Of a DNA stretch of 18,424 nucleotides, positions 8,243 to 17,514 are shown in pieces; positions within the stretch are counted from its first letter, which is position 1, and the number at the start of each line of letters is the position of its first letter. The stretch is from Aquificaceae bacterium. Its GTDB lineage: Bacteria; Aquificota; Aquificia; Aquificales; Aquificaceae. Both the position numbers and the translations under genes were made by a program. The notes beneath the pieces were generated by a model. That model saw only the letters and a list, made by a program, of their open reading frames with translations. It was not told the DNA's origin and ran no database searches. The stretch is taken from assembly GCA_037924335.1 (NCBI GenBank), contig JAXSMZ010000029.1, positions 1-18,424 of the forward strand, given 5' to 3'.

Positions 8243-8896
8243 ATGAACGAAAATCTAAGGAAAAGCATAACCCTTTACGCTACAGGAGAGGAAGGGGAAC
8301 TTGAAAACTTTTTGAGAGGACTCTCTAAGAACACCTTAGAAGCCCTATTCGTAGACCTTATCACCATGTATTTCAATGATAAAAACTCTTCTAAACTTAG
8401 GGAATTATCCGCAATTTATATAGCAGGCTACGAACCAACACAAGAGAAATTAGGATATAACGGTTATATGCAGTTAGTAGACACACAAAAGGTGGTGTAT
8501 TGCGAAGTAAAACCGCAAAATACGGATAGCGAAAAGAATAAACTTAATGGAGGAGGAAGTTTTAATGACTACACTCCAGAGAGATTTAAGAAAGACTTAC
8601 AGGAAAATCCAAAAGTCCTAACATGTGGTTTTGTGCGTGGTAAACTCTTGTACGTTTTTGAGCTTGATTTTAAGTGTTTAGAGGAAAGATTAAAGGGTAT
8701 GATTAAAGAACGTTTTCCCGAAGGCACACGAAGAAAGGGTGAGTATTTGCGTTCTGCAAGTTTTTCTATAAAGGACTACAAAGATTGCAAAAATCTAAAT
8801 CTGGTATTTATTCGTAAAGACATAAAAGAGTTTTACAGCTTCCTATCAAAGGAACTTATTGAAGTTATAGAAAACTTAGGAAAGAGTAATGCGTAG
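8243..8896 (+). CDS. putative type II restriction endonuclease (uncharacterised, PD-(D/E)xK-like)
   Basis: 217 aa with GYNG...CEVKP motif, overlaps the methyltransferase by 8 nt, visibly AT-rich; function inferred from context. Confidence 0.6.
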   Translation: MNENLRKSITLYATGEEGELENFLRGLSKNTLEALFVDLITMYFNDKNSSKLRELSAIYIAGYEPTQEKLGYNGYMQLVDTQKVVYCEVKPQNTDSEKNKLNGGGSFNDYTPERFKKDLQENPKVLTCGFVRGKLLYVFELDFKCLEERLKGMIKERFPEGTRRKGEYLRSASFSIKDYKDCKNLNLVFIRKDIKEFYSFLSKELIEVIENLGKSNA

Positions 8897-9710
8897 CATA
8901 GAAGAATTTCTCAACAGAGTCATATGTGGAGATGTTTTAGAAGTTCTTAAGGACATACCCTCTGACTCCATAGACCTTGGAATAACCTCACCACCTTATA
9001 ACAAGAAGGAAAAACATGGCGGTTGGCTTGTGCCAAAAGTGATATACAAAAGATACAGAGATGTTATGAAAGAAGAAGACTATCAAAAATGGCAGATAGA
9101 TGTTTTAGATGAACTCTACAGAGTAATAAAAGAGGGTGGTAGCTTTTTCTATAACCATAAGGTAAGATACGAAAACGGAAGGATGATACATCCTCTTGAA
9201 TGGCTTACAAAAACCAAGTGGAATATATGGCAGGAGATTATTTGGAACAGAAAAATAGCAGGGAACATAAGAGGATGGAGGTTTTGGCAGGTTGAAGAGA
9301 GGATATATTGGCTCGTAAAGGGCAAACCTGCGGAATTAAAACCACAGCATGCAAAACTCACATCCGTATGGGACATAAGACCAGAGAAAGGACACCAAGA
9401 CCATCCTGCGGTTTTCCCTATAGAGCTTCCTACAAGGATAATACACTCTATTCTTGAAGATAGGTATGGAGTAGTAATAGACCCATTTTGTGGAACTGGG
9501 ACAACCCTTGTATCTGCAAAAATTTTAGGTAAGGCTTACATAGGAATAGACATCTCTGAGGAATATGTAGCTTACGCCCTAAGAAGGCTTGAGTCCGCAG
9601 ATAAGGAGAAGCATAAAGTCCTTTATGAGCTTTCTCTTCATGGTGTCAATCTTACCTTTGAAGATAGGAAAAAGAAAGGGCTTTGGGACAAAAGGCTTAA
9701 AAAGTTATAA
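8889..9710 (+). CDS. site-specific DNA methyltransferase, beta class (N4-C/N6-A)
   Basis: GDVLEVLK, catalytic TSPPY preceding HPAVFP and SAM-binding VIDPFCGTGTT, YIGIDIS. Confidence 0.95.
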   Translation: MRSIEEFLNRVICGDVLEVLKDIPSDSIDLGITSPPYNKKEKHGGWLVPKVIYKRYRDVMKEEDYQKWQIDVLDELYRVIKEGGSFFYNHKVRYENGRMIHPLEWLTKTKWNIWQEIIWNRKIAGNIRGWRFWQVEERIYWLVKGKPAELKPQHAKLTSVWDIRPEKGHQDHPAVFPIELPTRIIHSILEDRYGVVIDPFCGTGTTLVSAKILGKAYIGIDISEEYVAYALRRLESADKEKHKVLYELSLHGVNLTFEDRKKKGLWDKRLKKL

Positions 9711-9712
9711 TA

Positions 9713-10193
9713 ACCCGAGTTGCAAGTTATAAAGAGATATGGTAAAAAAAGCTCCCTACGGAGCATTCCCATAGGGAGGTAATATCTAACTCTGAGGTAT
9801 TAACAATGGCAGTCATAGCCCATATGGACTTTTGTGCAACATTTTCAAAAAGACTTGAAGAACTCCTGTCTTATATGGAAACCATCACATTAAAACTTGC
9901 ATGTTTACCACAGATGTAGGAAAGATACTATCTAATTGACAGTATGCCAGTGAAAGTTGGCGAACATGAGCTTTTACTGTGTAGGAAGTAAGGAGGTCAT
10001 ATGTGATAAGGCATACAAGGATTATCTGATGGAGGACATTTTGAGGGAAGAGAGCATACTGCTTACACCCTTAAGGATCTTGAAGGAGAGCAGGTATGAG
10101 GGTGAGTGGATTGAGTATGCGAAGAGGTTATACAGGAGGCTTGCGGAGAGTGTGTTTGTGGAAAATGAACCTAATATAACTTGCAACTTGCGT
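9713..10193 (+). mobile_element. IS982-family internally deleted element, copy 2, 481 bp
   Basis: Same terminal IRs as copy 1; flanks TATAATA (9706-9712) and TATTATA (10194-10200); broken transposase motifs SNSEVLTMA, YLIDSMPV, ICDKAY and RRLAESVF covering the DDE triad. Confidence 0.9.
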
Positions 10194-10195
10194 TA

Positions 10196-10897
10196 TTATA
10201 TTCCATAAAGGTTCATGAGCAATCCAACTGCCACTACAGAAGCTGTCTCTGACCTCAGGACAAAAGGACGGAGCCTTATGGATATAAAACCCTTTTCTAC
10301 TAACGCCTTTGTCTCCTCTTCTGCAAAGCCCCCCTCAGGACCGATCACAAGGCTTACACTTTCAACCCCTTTCAGGTCTATATCTTTTATGCTCTTTCCT
10401 TCGGAGAAGTTATCCAAAAGCAAATTTAAGTCTTCTTTAGCTTCTATATCCTCAAGCTTGATGGGTTTTCCCACAATCATGGGCATTGGTCTTCCACATT
10501 GCTTGAAAGAAGCCAAGGATAGCCTTTCCCATCTTTCTAACTTCTTCTGTATAACCTCCCTATTCCTAAAGCTCCTGCTGGATATTGTAGGGAAAAGTCT
10601 GTAAGCTCCTGCCTCGCTGACCTTCTCCACAACGTAGTCCATACTTTTTATGTCCACTGTCACACACTGATAGAGAACTACCTTTGGCTTTGGGAAGGGT
10701 CTTCTCTCCTCCTTGAGTATTCTACAAAGAGCCTGCTGAGATCTTAGATGTTCAAGAGTGCATAAGTAAAGCCTGTCATTAAGCCACACTTCCAATGTAT
10801 CATTTACCTTTAATCTACTTGCCTTTATGTGCTTTACCTCTTCCTCAGATAGAATAATGTAAGAACCTATCCTATCCTTTCCTATGAACCTTTGCAT
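10196..10897 (-). CDS. rsmE: 16S rRNA m3U1498 methyltransferase
   Basis: VEKVSEAGA, ASFKQCGR, VIGPEGGF and VLRSETA SPOUT motifs. Confidence 0.95.
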   Translation of the reverse strand: MQRFIGKDRIGSYIILSEEEVKHIKASRLKVNDTLEVWLNDRLYLCTLEHLRSQQALCRILKEERRPFPKPKVVLYQCVTVDIKSMDYVVEKVSEAGAYRLFPTISSRSFRNREVIQKKLERWERLSLASFKQCGRPMPMIVGKPIKLEDIEAKEDLNLLLDNFSEGKSIKDIDLKGVESVSLVIGPEGGFAEEETKALVEKGFISIRLRPFVLRSETASVVAVGLLMNLYGI

Positions 10898-10920
10898 TCA
10901 AGAGGGGGGATATACCCCCC
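10898..10920 (-). terminator. GC stem-loop downstream of hup (probable terminator or attenuator)
   Basis: Minus strand GGGGGG-TATAT-CCCCCC followed by TCTT, 8 nt after the hup stop; U tract is weak. Confidence 0.55.
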
Positions 10921-10928
10921 AATGGATG

Positions 10929-11201
10929 TTACTTGACGGATTCTCTGAGGTCTTTGGCTGGTCTAAAGGTAACCACTTTCCTGGCTGGTATGTTTATGAC
11001 TGCGCCAGTCCTTGGGTTTCTACCCTTTCTCGCTGCCCTTGTCCTGACGGTGAATATACCAAAGCCAGGAATGGCAACCCTTTCCCCCTTCTTAAGGGAT
11101 CCAGAGACAGCAGATATGGCAGACCTTAGAGCGGCATCCGCCTGCTTTTTCGTGATGCCGGCTCCCTTTGCAACGGCTGAAATAAGTTCAGCTTTTGTCA
11201 T
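10929..11201 (-). CDS. hup: DNA-binding protein HU
   Basis: MTKAELI, GFGIF, RKGRNPRTG, IPARKVVTFRPAKDL; SD AAGGAGG. Confidence 0.97.
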   Translation of the reverse strand: MTKAELISAVAKGAGITKKQADAALRSAISAVSGSLKKGERVAIPGFGIFTVRTRAARKGRNPRTGAVINIPARKVVTFRPAKDLRESVK

Positions 11202-11261
11202 GGCAAATCCCTCCTTTAAAGAGTTTTACTGAAATATAATAATACATTAGGTTTGGAAAAC

Positions 11262-12068
11262 ATGCAAGAGGAAATTACAAATGTCAAGAGTTTTAAGGTC
11301 GCTTCTTACAACATCAACTCTATAAAGAGTAGGAAAGAGCTTGTTATATCTTGGTTAGAAAGATCTGCTATAGATGTAGTAGCTCTCCAGGAGCTAAAGA
11401 CGGAGGACATAAATTTCCCAGTAAAAGATTTCAAAAGGTTAGGGTACGAGTGTTATACGAACGGGCAAAAAACGTACAACGGTGTTGCTATATGCTCAAA
11501 GCTTAATGTTAAAGATGTTTTCAGAGGTATTGGGGATCCTATATGGGATGAGGAAAAGAGAGTTATAGGTTGCAGGCTCTTTGATGTATGGGTCATAAAT
11601 GTGTACTTTCCCCATGGCGACCAAAGGGGAAATGAAAGGTTTTACAAAAAGCTAGAGTTTTACGGAAGGTTTGTAAAATTCCTTGACGATAGGTTCAGCC
11701 CATATGAGAAGATAGTGCTCGTTGGAGATATGAACGTAGCTTTAGAGGATAAGGATGTTTATGACCCCCTGCTTTTAAAAGATACTATAGGGACTATGGA
11801 GGAGGAAAGACAAGCTCTGAGAAGCCTCATAGATTGGGGGTTTATAGATGCCTTTAGATACATCTATCCAGATAAGAGACAGTTCACATGGTGGGACTAC
11901 ATAGGTGGTATGGTGTGGAAGGACAAAGGCATGAGGATAGATTACATACTCATAACCAAGCCTATGCTTCCTAGAATAAGAGATGTGTACGTAGACATGT
12001 GGCCAAGAAAGAGGAGAAGCCCAAAGCCATCAGACCATGCACCAATAGTTGGAGTGTTTGAACTATGA
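11262..12068 (+). CDS. xth: exodeoxyribonuclease III
   Basis: SYNINS, LQELK, YNGVAI, GDMNVA, FTWWDY, RIDYIL and SDHAP motifs; start uncertain. Confidence 0.95.
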   Translation: MQEEITNVKSFKVASYNINSIKSRKELVISWLERSAIDVVALQELKTEDINFPVKDFKRLGYECYTNGQKTYNGVAICSKLNVKDVFRGIGDPIWDEEKRVIGCRLFDVWVINVYFPHGDQRGNERFYKKLEFYGRFVKFLDDRFSPYEKIVLVGDMNVALEDKDVYDPLLLKDTIGTMEEERQALRSLIDWGFIDAFRYIYPDKRQFTWWDYIGGMVWKDKGMRIDYILITKPMLPRIRDVYVDMWPRKRRSPKPSDHAPIVGVFEL

Positions 12069-12490
12069 AGGCTATAGTCTTTGCCATCATGGCAAGCCTT
12101 GTATGGGGTATGGCTCCACCCTTCTTCAAGCTAGTCTTAAAGGCTGGAATACCACCCTCCGTTGCCCTAATATTCCATAACTTGGCGGCCTTCTTCGCAG
12201 CTTTGCTCATAACCTTCCTTCTTGGGGAGAGGATAGTCTATTCTCCAAAGTACCTTCTCTTTGCCGTACTCGGAGGTGTTCTGTCTGGGTTCCTTGGTCT
12301 TTACCTTTTCTTTTTAGCATTGAAGAGCGGCGACGTTTCTGTGATTTCACCCATAGCCTCCATCTCTCCCCTCTGGAGTGCCATCTTTGCCCATTTGGTT
12401 TTAGGTGAAGGTCTAAGCCCAGCTAAGGTATTGGGGATAATCTTAGTCATAGCAGGAGCTTCCCTTTTGACGGCTTCCTTCCAAAGATGA
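12065..12490 (+). CDS. EamA/DMT family transporter (single domain)
   Basis: Hydrophobic 141 aa, ALKSGDVSVISPI and LVLGEGLS..LGIILVIAG; ATGA overlaps at both ends. Confidence 0.88.
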   Translation: MKAIVFAIMASLVWGMAPPFFKLVLKAGIPPSVALIFHNLAAFFAALLITFLLGERIVYSPKYLLFAVLGGVLSGFLGLYLFFLALKSGDVSVISPIASISPLWSAIFAHLVLGEGLSPAKVLGIILVIAGASLLTASFQR

Positions 12491-13818
12491 GAATATTCCT
12501 CCCTCTTTTAGTGGGCTTTTTCCTCTATCTTCCCTTTTCAAGGTATGAACTTTGGTTCTTCTTGTTTATAGCTCTTTATATACTGCTGCTTTATCCATCA
12601 GTTAAATTTTGGTCTCTCACGGGTTTAGTATTCTTTGGCTTATCGTTAAGGTGTGTAAACATAGCAAGCATTCAGTATGGAGGGATAGAACCTCTTTTGG
12701 CTTATGCCCTATTTTTCCTCTTTGTCCTTTTCCTCTCCTCTTACCAGATGGCTCTTCCCATATACCTTTGGAAGAGGGTAGGAAAAGGAAGGCTTTTCTT
12801 GATCCCCTTCTTCTATACAGTCTTTGAAGTTATAAGGTCTTATTTTCCTTACGGTGGATTCCCTTGGCTTTTGCTTGGCTCCCTTTGGGTGAATGTGCCC
12901 CTTTTGAAGGAGGCACTATACTTTACAAACGTCTACATGATGAGCTTTTTACTCTGGCTTTTGGTGTACCTTGTCCTAAAAAGAAGGTTTTTCTTTGTTC
13001 TTATCCTGATTTCATCTTTAACAGTGCTCAGCATGTACGCAAAGAGCTCAGTCCTAAAGAAGGTTGAGAAGGGAAGGGAGATAAAGGTAGCTCTTATACA
13101 AACGGCTATACCTCAGAAGGACAAGCTTTACTCAGAGCGGTTTGATAGATATGTAGGCAGCATCCTCTCCCTCATAGAGGAGGCTCAGAGGAGCAAACCA
13201 GACCTTGTTGTGCTCCCAGAGTCTAGTTTGCCCATCTTACTCTCCGATGAAGGGAACAAAGAAAGGATGAAACTCTTTGAGCTGAGCTACAGAACACCTG
13301 TACTTGTAGGACTTATAGACATTAGGGAAGGTCTGAAACCTTACAACTCAGCCTATTTGATAAAGGATGGTGAGGTGGTTGATTACTACGACAAGGTCAG
13401 GCTTCTTCCCATAGGTGAGTACATGCCCTTCCCCTTTGCCTTTGTAAAGGATATATTTCAAGCTATAAATGGTCTGGACTATGTACCTGGAGAAAGGGAA
13501 AAACCCATAGATTATGACCATATGAGGATAGCAACTCCCATATGCTTTGAGATAGCTTACTACGACCTTGTAAAGAAGCTATCCCAAAGAGCTGACCTTA
13601 TAGCTGTTCTCACCAACGATGGATGGTTCAACGACAGCGACTGCACTGCAGTGCATTTCTCATGGGCAAGGGTAAGAGCCATAGAGAACGGCAAGTACAT
13701 CCTTTGGGTTAACAACTCTGGAGATACATCCCTAATAGACCCCTTCGGGAGGGTTATAGAAAAACTCGGTTACATGAAAAGAGGTATCCTTATAGGTCAT
13801 GTTAAACTCATTGATTAA
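12487..13818 (+). CDS. lnt: apolipoprotein N-acyltransferase
   Basis: N-terminal TM region, GGFPW, LPES, YDKVRLLPIGEY, ICFE and TNDGWF nitrilase-fold motifs. Confidence 0.96.
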   Translation: MRIFLPLLVGFFLYLPFSRYELWFFLFIALYILLLYPSVKFWSLTGLVFFGLSLRCVNIASIQYGGIEPLLAYALFFLFVLFLSSYQMALPIYLWKRVGKGRLFLIPFFYTVFEVIRSYFPYGGFPWLLLGSLWVNVPLLKEALYFTNVYMMSFLLWLLVYLVLKRRFFFVLILISSLTVLSMYAKSSVLKKVEKGREIKVALIQTAIPQKDKLYSERFDRYVGSILSLIEEAQRSKPDLVVLPESSLPILLSDEGNKERMKLFELSYRTPVLVGLIDIREGLKPYNSAYLIKDGEVVDYYDKVRLLPIGEYMPFPFAFVKDIFQAINGLDYVPGEREKPIDYDHMRIATPICFEIAYYDLVKKLSQRADLIAVLTNDGWFNDSDCTAVHFSWARVRAIENGKYILWVNNSGDTSLIDPFGRVIEKLGYMKRGILIGHVKLID

Positions 13819-14347
13819 TGCACCAAATCTAATATCCCTTTTTAGGCTCTTAGCGTCTCCTATTTTGCTCTTTGTGGACAGCAAGCTCTTACCTTATCTC
13901 TTTATGCTCCTTGCACTTACAGATGCATTAGATGGTTTTTTTGCAAGAAAGCTCAATGCCAGAACTGACCTGGGAATGATATTAGACCCACTTGCAGACA
14001 AAGCCTTGCTCCTTATAGGACTTTACATATGCACCTTTGAGCTTTACGTCCTTCCTAAGGCTCTTTTTTTAACTCTCCTTATGAGGGATGGTTTTTTACT
14101 CATAGGTAGTTCTCTTCTCCTGAAGAAGAAAGGTAAAGTACCCAAACCAAGTCTCTACGGTAAAATGACAACCTTTTTTCTCTCAATTACAGTACTCTAT
14201 GCTATGGTGTTCCAAGAAGGAAATGTCCTTTTTCTGTCCTTTCTCCTATCGCAGACACTTGTTATTATATCTTGGATAGACTACTCCATAAAGGGTATCC
14301 ATGCATTAAAATCTAATACATGCCAAAGCGACATGGAGAGTACATAA
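13799..14347 (+). CDS. CDP-alcohol phosphatidyltransferase (PgsA-like)
   Basis: PNLISLFR and TDALDGFFARK...GMILDPLADK signature. Confidence 0.92.
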   Translation: MLNSLINAPNLISLFRLLASPILLFVDSKLLPYLFMLLALTDALDGFFARKLNARTDLGMILDPLADKALLLIGLYICTFELYVLPKALFLTLLMRDGFLLIGSSLLLKKKGKVPKPSLYGKMTTFFLSITVLYAMVFQEGNVLFLSFLLSQTLVIISWIDYSIKGIHALKSNTCQSDMEST

Positions 14348-14796
14348 TAGCTGTAAACAAGGAAGCAAGAACAGAGTATGAGATAATAGAGTCTTACGAA
14401 GCTGGGATAGAGCTTGAAGGATCAGAAGTGAAGGCACTGAGAAATAAACAGACTGTATCTTTCAAAGACAGCTTTGTGAGGATAGAAGGAGGGGAAGCCT
14501 TCCTTTACAACCTCTACATTGCACCTTACAGGTATGCAACCATAAAACCACCAGACCCCTTGAGGAAAAGGAAGCTTTTGCTCCACAAGAGGGAGATACT
14601 GAGGCTAATGGGAAAGGTCAAAGAGAAAGGCTACACCATTATACCCCTTAAGCTTTACTTTAAGGGAAATAGAGTTAAAGTGGAGATAGGATTAGCAAAG
14701 GGTAAAAAGCTCTACGACAGAAGACAGGAGATAAGAGAAAGAGAACTAAGAAGACAGCTAGAAAGGGAGATAAAGGAAGGGAAGATAAAACTATAA
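14320..14796 (+). CDS. smpB: SsrA-binding protein
   Basis: YEAGIELEGSEVKALR, RKRKLLLHKREI, AKGKKLYDRR. Confidence 0.98.
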   Translation: MPKRHGEYIIAVNKEARTEYEIIESYEAGIELEGSEVKALRNKQTVSFKDSFVRIEGGEAFLYNLYIAPYRYATIKPPDPLRKRKLLLHKREILRLMGKVKEKGYTIIPLKLYFKGNRVKVEIGLAKGKKLYDRRQEIRERELRRQLEREIKEGKIKL

Positions 14797-15354
14797 AGCT
14801 TTGGGTATAACAATGCTCCCATCTTCACCGCTCAAAATCAAAGCCCTACCGGAAAGGTAGAAAAGCCCAGTTATAAGGCATGCAACTGCATCCAGCTCAT
14901 CCTGAGTGCTTTCTTCCTTTTGGAGAAAAAAACCAAGCCTCTTGAAAAGACCCTTTATAGCTTCTTTATCTTTCCTTTTGACGCCAAAAACATCGTAGAA
15001 GGCACCAGGAAAAACTTCGTAAACTTGCTTTCCAGAACCCTTAAGTACACTGCTCAGTCTTATTCCTCTTTCTGTAAGCATGCGCATAGGACCTAAAGTT
15101 ATGGGGAAGAATCTTATGCCAAGTTCCTTAAGCTTTAAATCACATTCCCTAAGATGTCTTCCAGCCCTATCCTCTATGGTTTTTCTACCCTTAGGAAGGG
15201 AGAGAGGAGCATCTATGAATATATGGTCAAAGGACATGGCAAGACCCAATATGTGTTCGTCTTTGTAAAGAACTTTTGTCCTTAAAACGTCCCCATCAAG
15301 ATAGGCACACCCCGTTGGTCTTCTTTCGGTGCCGGACAGGTCCAGTCCAAGCAC
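14791..15354 (-). CDS. DUF429 family protein (RNase H-like fold putative nuclease)
   Basis: LGLDLSG, IDAPLSLP, RECD, YEVFPGA, DELDAVAC; start probably near the GTG at 15354 rather than 15444 (uncertain). Confidence 0.82.
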   Translation of the reverse strand: MLGLDLSGTERRPTGCAYLDGDVLRTKVLYKDEHILGLAMSFDHIFIDAPLSLPKGRKTIEDRAGRHLRECDLKLKELGIRFFPITLGPMRMLTERGIRLSSVLKGSGKQVYEVFPGAFYDVFGVKRKDKEAIKGLFKRLGFFLQKEESTQDELDAVACLITGLFYLSGRALILSGEDGSIVIPKAL

Positions 15355-15355
15355 A

Positions 15356-16747
15356 CTAAGGGGTGTGGAACCTCTCCTGTACTCTGCTGTTTCTATAACC
15401 ATAAGCCAGATAAAGAATGATACCCAAGGAGTTCCATACGACAAACCTTATCCAGGTCTCTTTTGAAAGCCCACCCATTATGAAAAGGAGCAACGCAAGA
15501 TTGATAGGAAGTAAAACTTTGGCATAGGGGACCTTGAAGGTAGCTGGAGACTCACCGCTCCTCCTCAGGAGAATCACACCTATACCTACCATGAAATAGG
15601 CAAAGAGTGTACCTATGTTTACAAGTTCTGCAAGCACCTTTAGTGGTATAAAGGCAGCCAGCAAGGATATGATAGAGCCACCTACTAGGGTTGATATGTA
15701 CGGTGTTTTGAACCTATGGTGTATGAGGGATAGCTTTGAAGGGAGAAGCCCATCCCTTGAGAGAGCATACATGATCCTCGTAAAACCAAGCCCCATAACC
15801 AACATGACGCTAGTTATGGTTATAACTGCACCGACAGTTATTATGTCTGCAACCCTTTTATCTCCCACTCTGTACATGGCAAAGGCAAGGGCATCTGGAA
15901 CGTTTAGCTCCTTGTAGTTTACAATGCCAACAAGGACAAAGCTAACAGATATATACAGAAGCGTACTTACACCCAAAGATAGGACAAGCCCCAAAGGAAC
16001 GTTTTTTGTCGGATTCTTTGTCTCTTCGGCAACAGTTGAAACGGCATCAAAACCTAAGTAGGCAAATATTATAAGGGCTGCAGCATGCCAAACACCGCTC
16101 AAACCATAAGGAAAGAAGTCAGCCATATTTTTTAGGTTTATGTGTTTCATACCAAAGAAAAGAAATAGAAGAAGGACAGAAAGCTTCAAGAGAACTATCA
16201 AAGTGTTTACTGTAGCACTTTCTTTTATTCCTATTGTAAGAAGCGTAAATATGGCTACTATACCAAGAAGGGCAAAGAGGTCTACAAAGGTACCTTTGGC
16301 CGGGTCATAGGCACCGGTGAAAAGTAAGGGTAAAGAGAACCCAAGGTTTTGCTCTAAGAAGGCACGCAGGTAACCAGACCAACCAGTAGCCACTGCAGCT
16401 GTCGCCACACCATACTCAACCAGTAAGTTCCATCCAACTAGCCATGCCATGAGCTCTCCAACCGTTGCGTACGTATAGCTGTATGCACTTCCAGATATAG
16501 GATAGGCTGAGCTTAGCTCCGCATAAACCAACGCGCTTATACCTATTGCAACGGCACCAAGTATAAAAGAAAGGACTATACCAGGGCCAGCATAGAGGGC
16601 TGCAGCCTGACCAGTTATGACAAATATACCGGCTCCTATTATGGCACCTATGCCTAAGAGCGTGAGGTCAAAGAGGCCAAGCTTTTTTGGAAATCTCCCC
16701 TCATCTACCGCATAACACTTTTTCCTAAAGAGCTCCTCCCAAAGCAT
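15356..16747 (-). CDS. APC family amino acid permease (cationic amino acid transporter-like)
   Basis: [15 protein letters not shown] and [15 protein letters not shown] motifs; many hydrophobic segments. Confidence 0.95.
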   Translation of the reverse strand: MLWEELFRKKCYAVDEGRFPKKLGLFDLTLLGIGAIIGAGIFVITGQAAALYAGPGIVLSFILGAVAIGISALVYAELSSAYPISGSAYSYTYATVGELMAWLVGWNLLVEYGVATAAVATGWSGYLRAFLEQNLGFSLPLLFTGAYDPAKGTFVDLFALLGIVAIFTLLTIGIKESATVNTLIVLLKLSVLLLFLFFGMKHINLKNMADFFPYGLSGVWHAAALIIFAYLGFDAVSTVAEETKNPTKNVPLGLVLSLGVSTLLYISVSFVLVGIVNYKELNVPDALAFAMYRVGDKRVADIITVGAVITITSVMLVMGLGFTRIMYALSRDGLLPSKLSLIHHRFKTPYISTLVGGSIISLLAAFIPLKVLAELVNIGTLFAYFMVGIGVILLRRSGESPATFKVPYAKVLLPINLALLLFIMGGLSKETWIRFVVWNSLGIILYLAYGYRNSRVQERFHTP

Positions 16748-16749
16748 TC

Positions 16750-17514
16750 TTAAATTATAATAGAACTGGAGAGATTACACTGTTGGTATTCATCCACCAC
16801 ATCCTCTGGCCTTCCTATCCTAAATATTCTGTGGTCCTCTATCCACATGACCCTATCGCAGATCCTCTTCACATCATCCATAGAATGGGATACAAAGACC
16901 ATGGTAACACCCTTGTCTTTGAATTCCATCATCCTTTCAAGGCACTTCTTCTGAAAATTTATGTCGCCCACAGCAAGAACCTCATCTATGAGAAGTATCT
17001 CAGGATCAATGTGTACTGCTATGGAAAAGCCTAACCTTGCAACCATTCCAGATGAGTACATTCTAACGGGTTGGTCTATAAACTCTCCAAGCTCTGAAAA
17101 CTCGATGATGGCATCCATCTTTTTAAAAACCTCCTTCCTTGTCATACCCAATAGAACACCGTTTAAAATTATGTTTTCTCTCCCAGTCAGGTCATTACTG
17201 AAACCAGCTCCGAGCTCCAAAAGTGGAGAGACCCTGCCATTGACAAAAACTTTTCCCCTGGTAGGTTTTAAGACACCAGCCATTAGCCCGAGCAGAGTGC
17301 TCTTCCCAGCACCGTTTTTACCTATAACACCAAAGGTCTCACCTTTGTAAACTTCAAAAGATATATCCTTCAGAGCTTCGAACCTTTTGCCCCTCAGTTC
17401 CTTTATAGCCTTTGGGAAATTGAAGATGAAACCTTTTATACCAGCCTTTACATGCGTGTAAAGTGGGTAAGATTTACTTACCTTCTCAAAGATTATGATC
17501 GGTTCCTGCATCAT
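16750..17514 (-). CDS. wzt: polysaccharide export ABC transporter ATP-binding subunit
   Basis: [38 protein letters not shown] overlap with wzm; no C-terminal carbohydrate-binding domain. Confidence 0.92.
   Translation of the reverse strand: MMQEPIIIFEKVSKSYPLYTHVKAGIKGFIFNFPKAIKELRGKRFEALKDISFEVYKGETFGVIGKNGAGKSTLLGLMAGVLKPTRGKVFVNGRVSPLLELGAGFSNDLTGRENIILNGVLLGMTRKEVFKKMDAIIEFSELGEFIDQPVRMYSSGMVARLGFSIAVHIDPEILLIDEVLAVGDINFQKKCLERMMEFKDKGVTMVFVSHSMDDVKRICDRVMWIEDHRIFRIGRPEDVVDEYQQCNLSSSIII

Noticed and set aside
9957..10208. 83-aa ORF as a functional gene
   Set aside because: Transposase fragment (DKAY, ESVF) lacking the in-frame first catalytic Asp and running through the IR
15355..15444. 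ORF-track N-terminal extension of DUF429
   Set aside because: Overlaps the permease C-terminus; family similarity begins at VLGLDLSG
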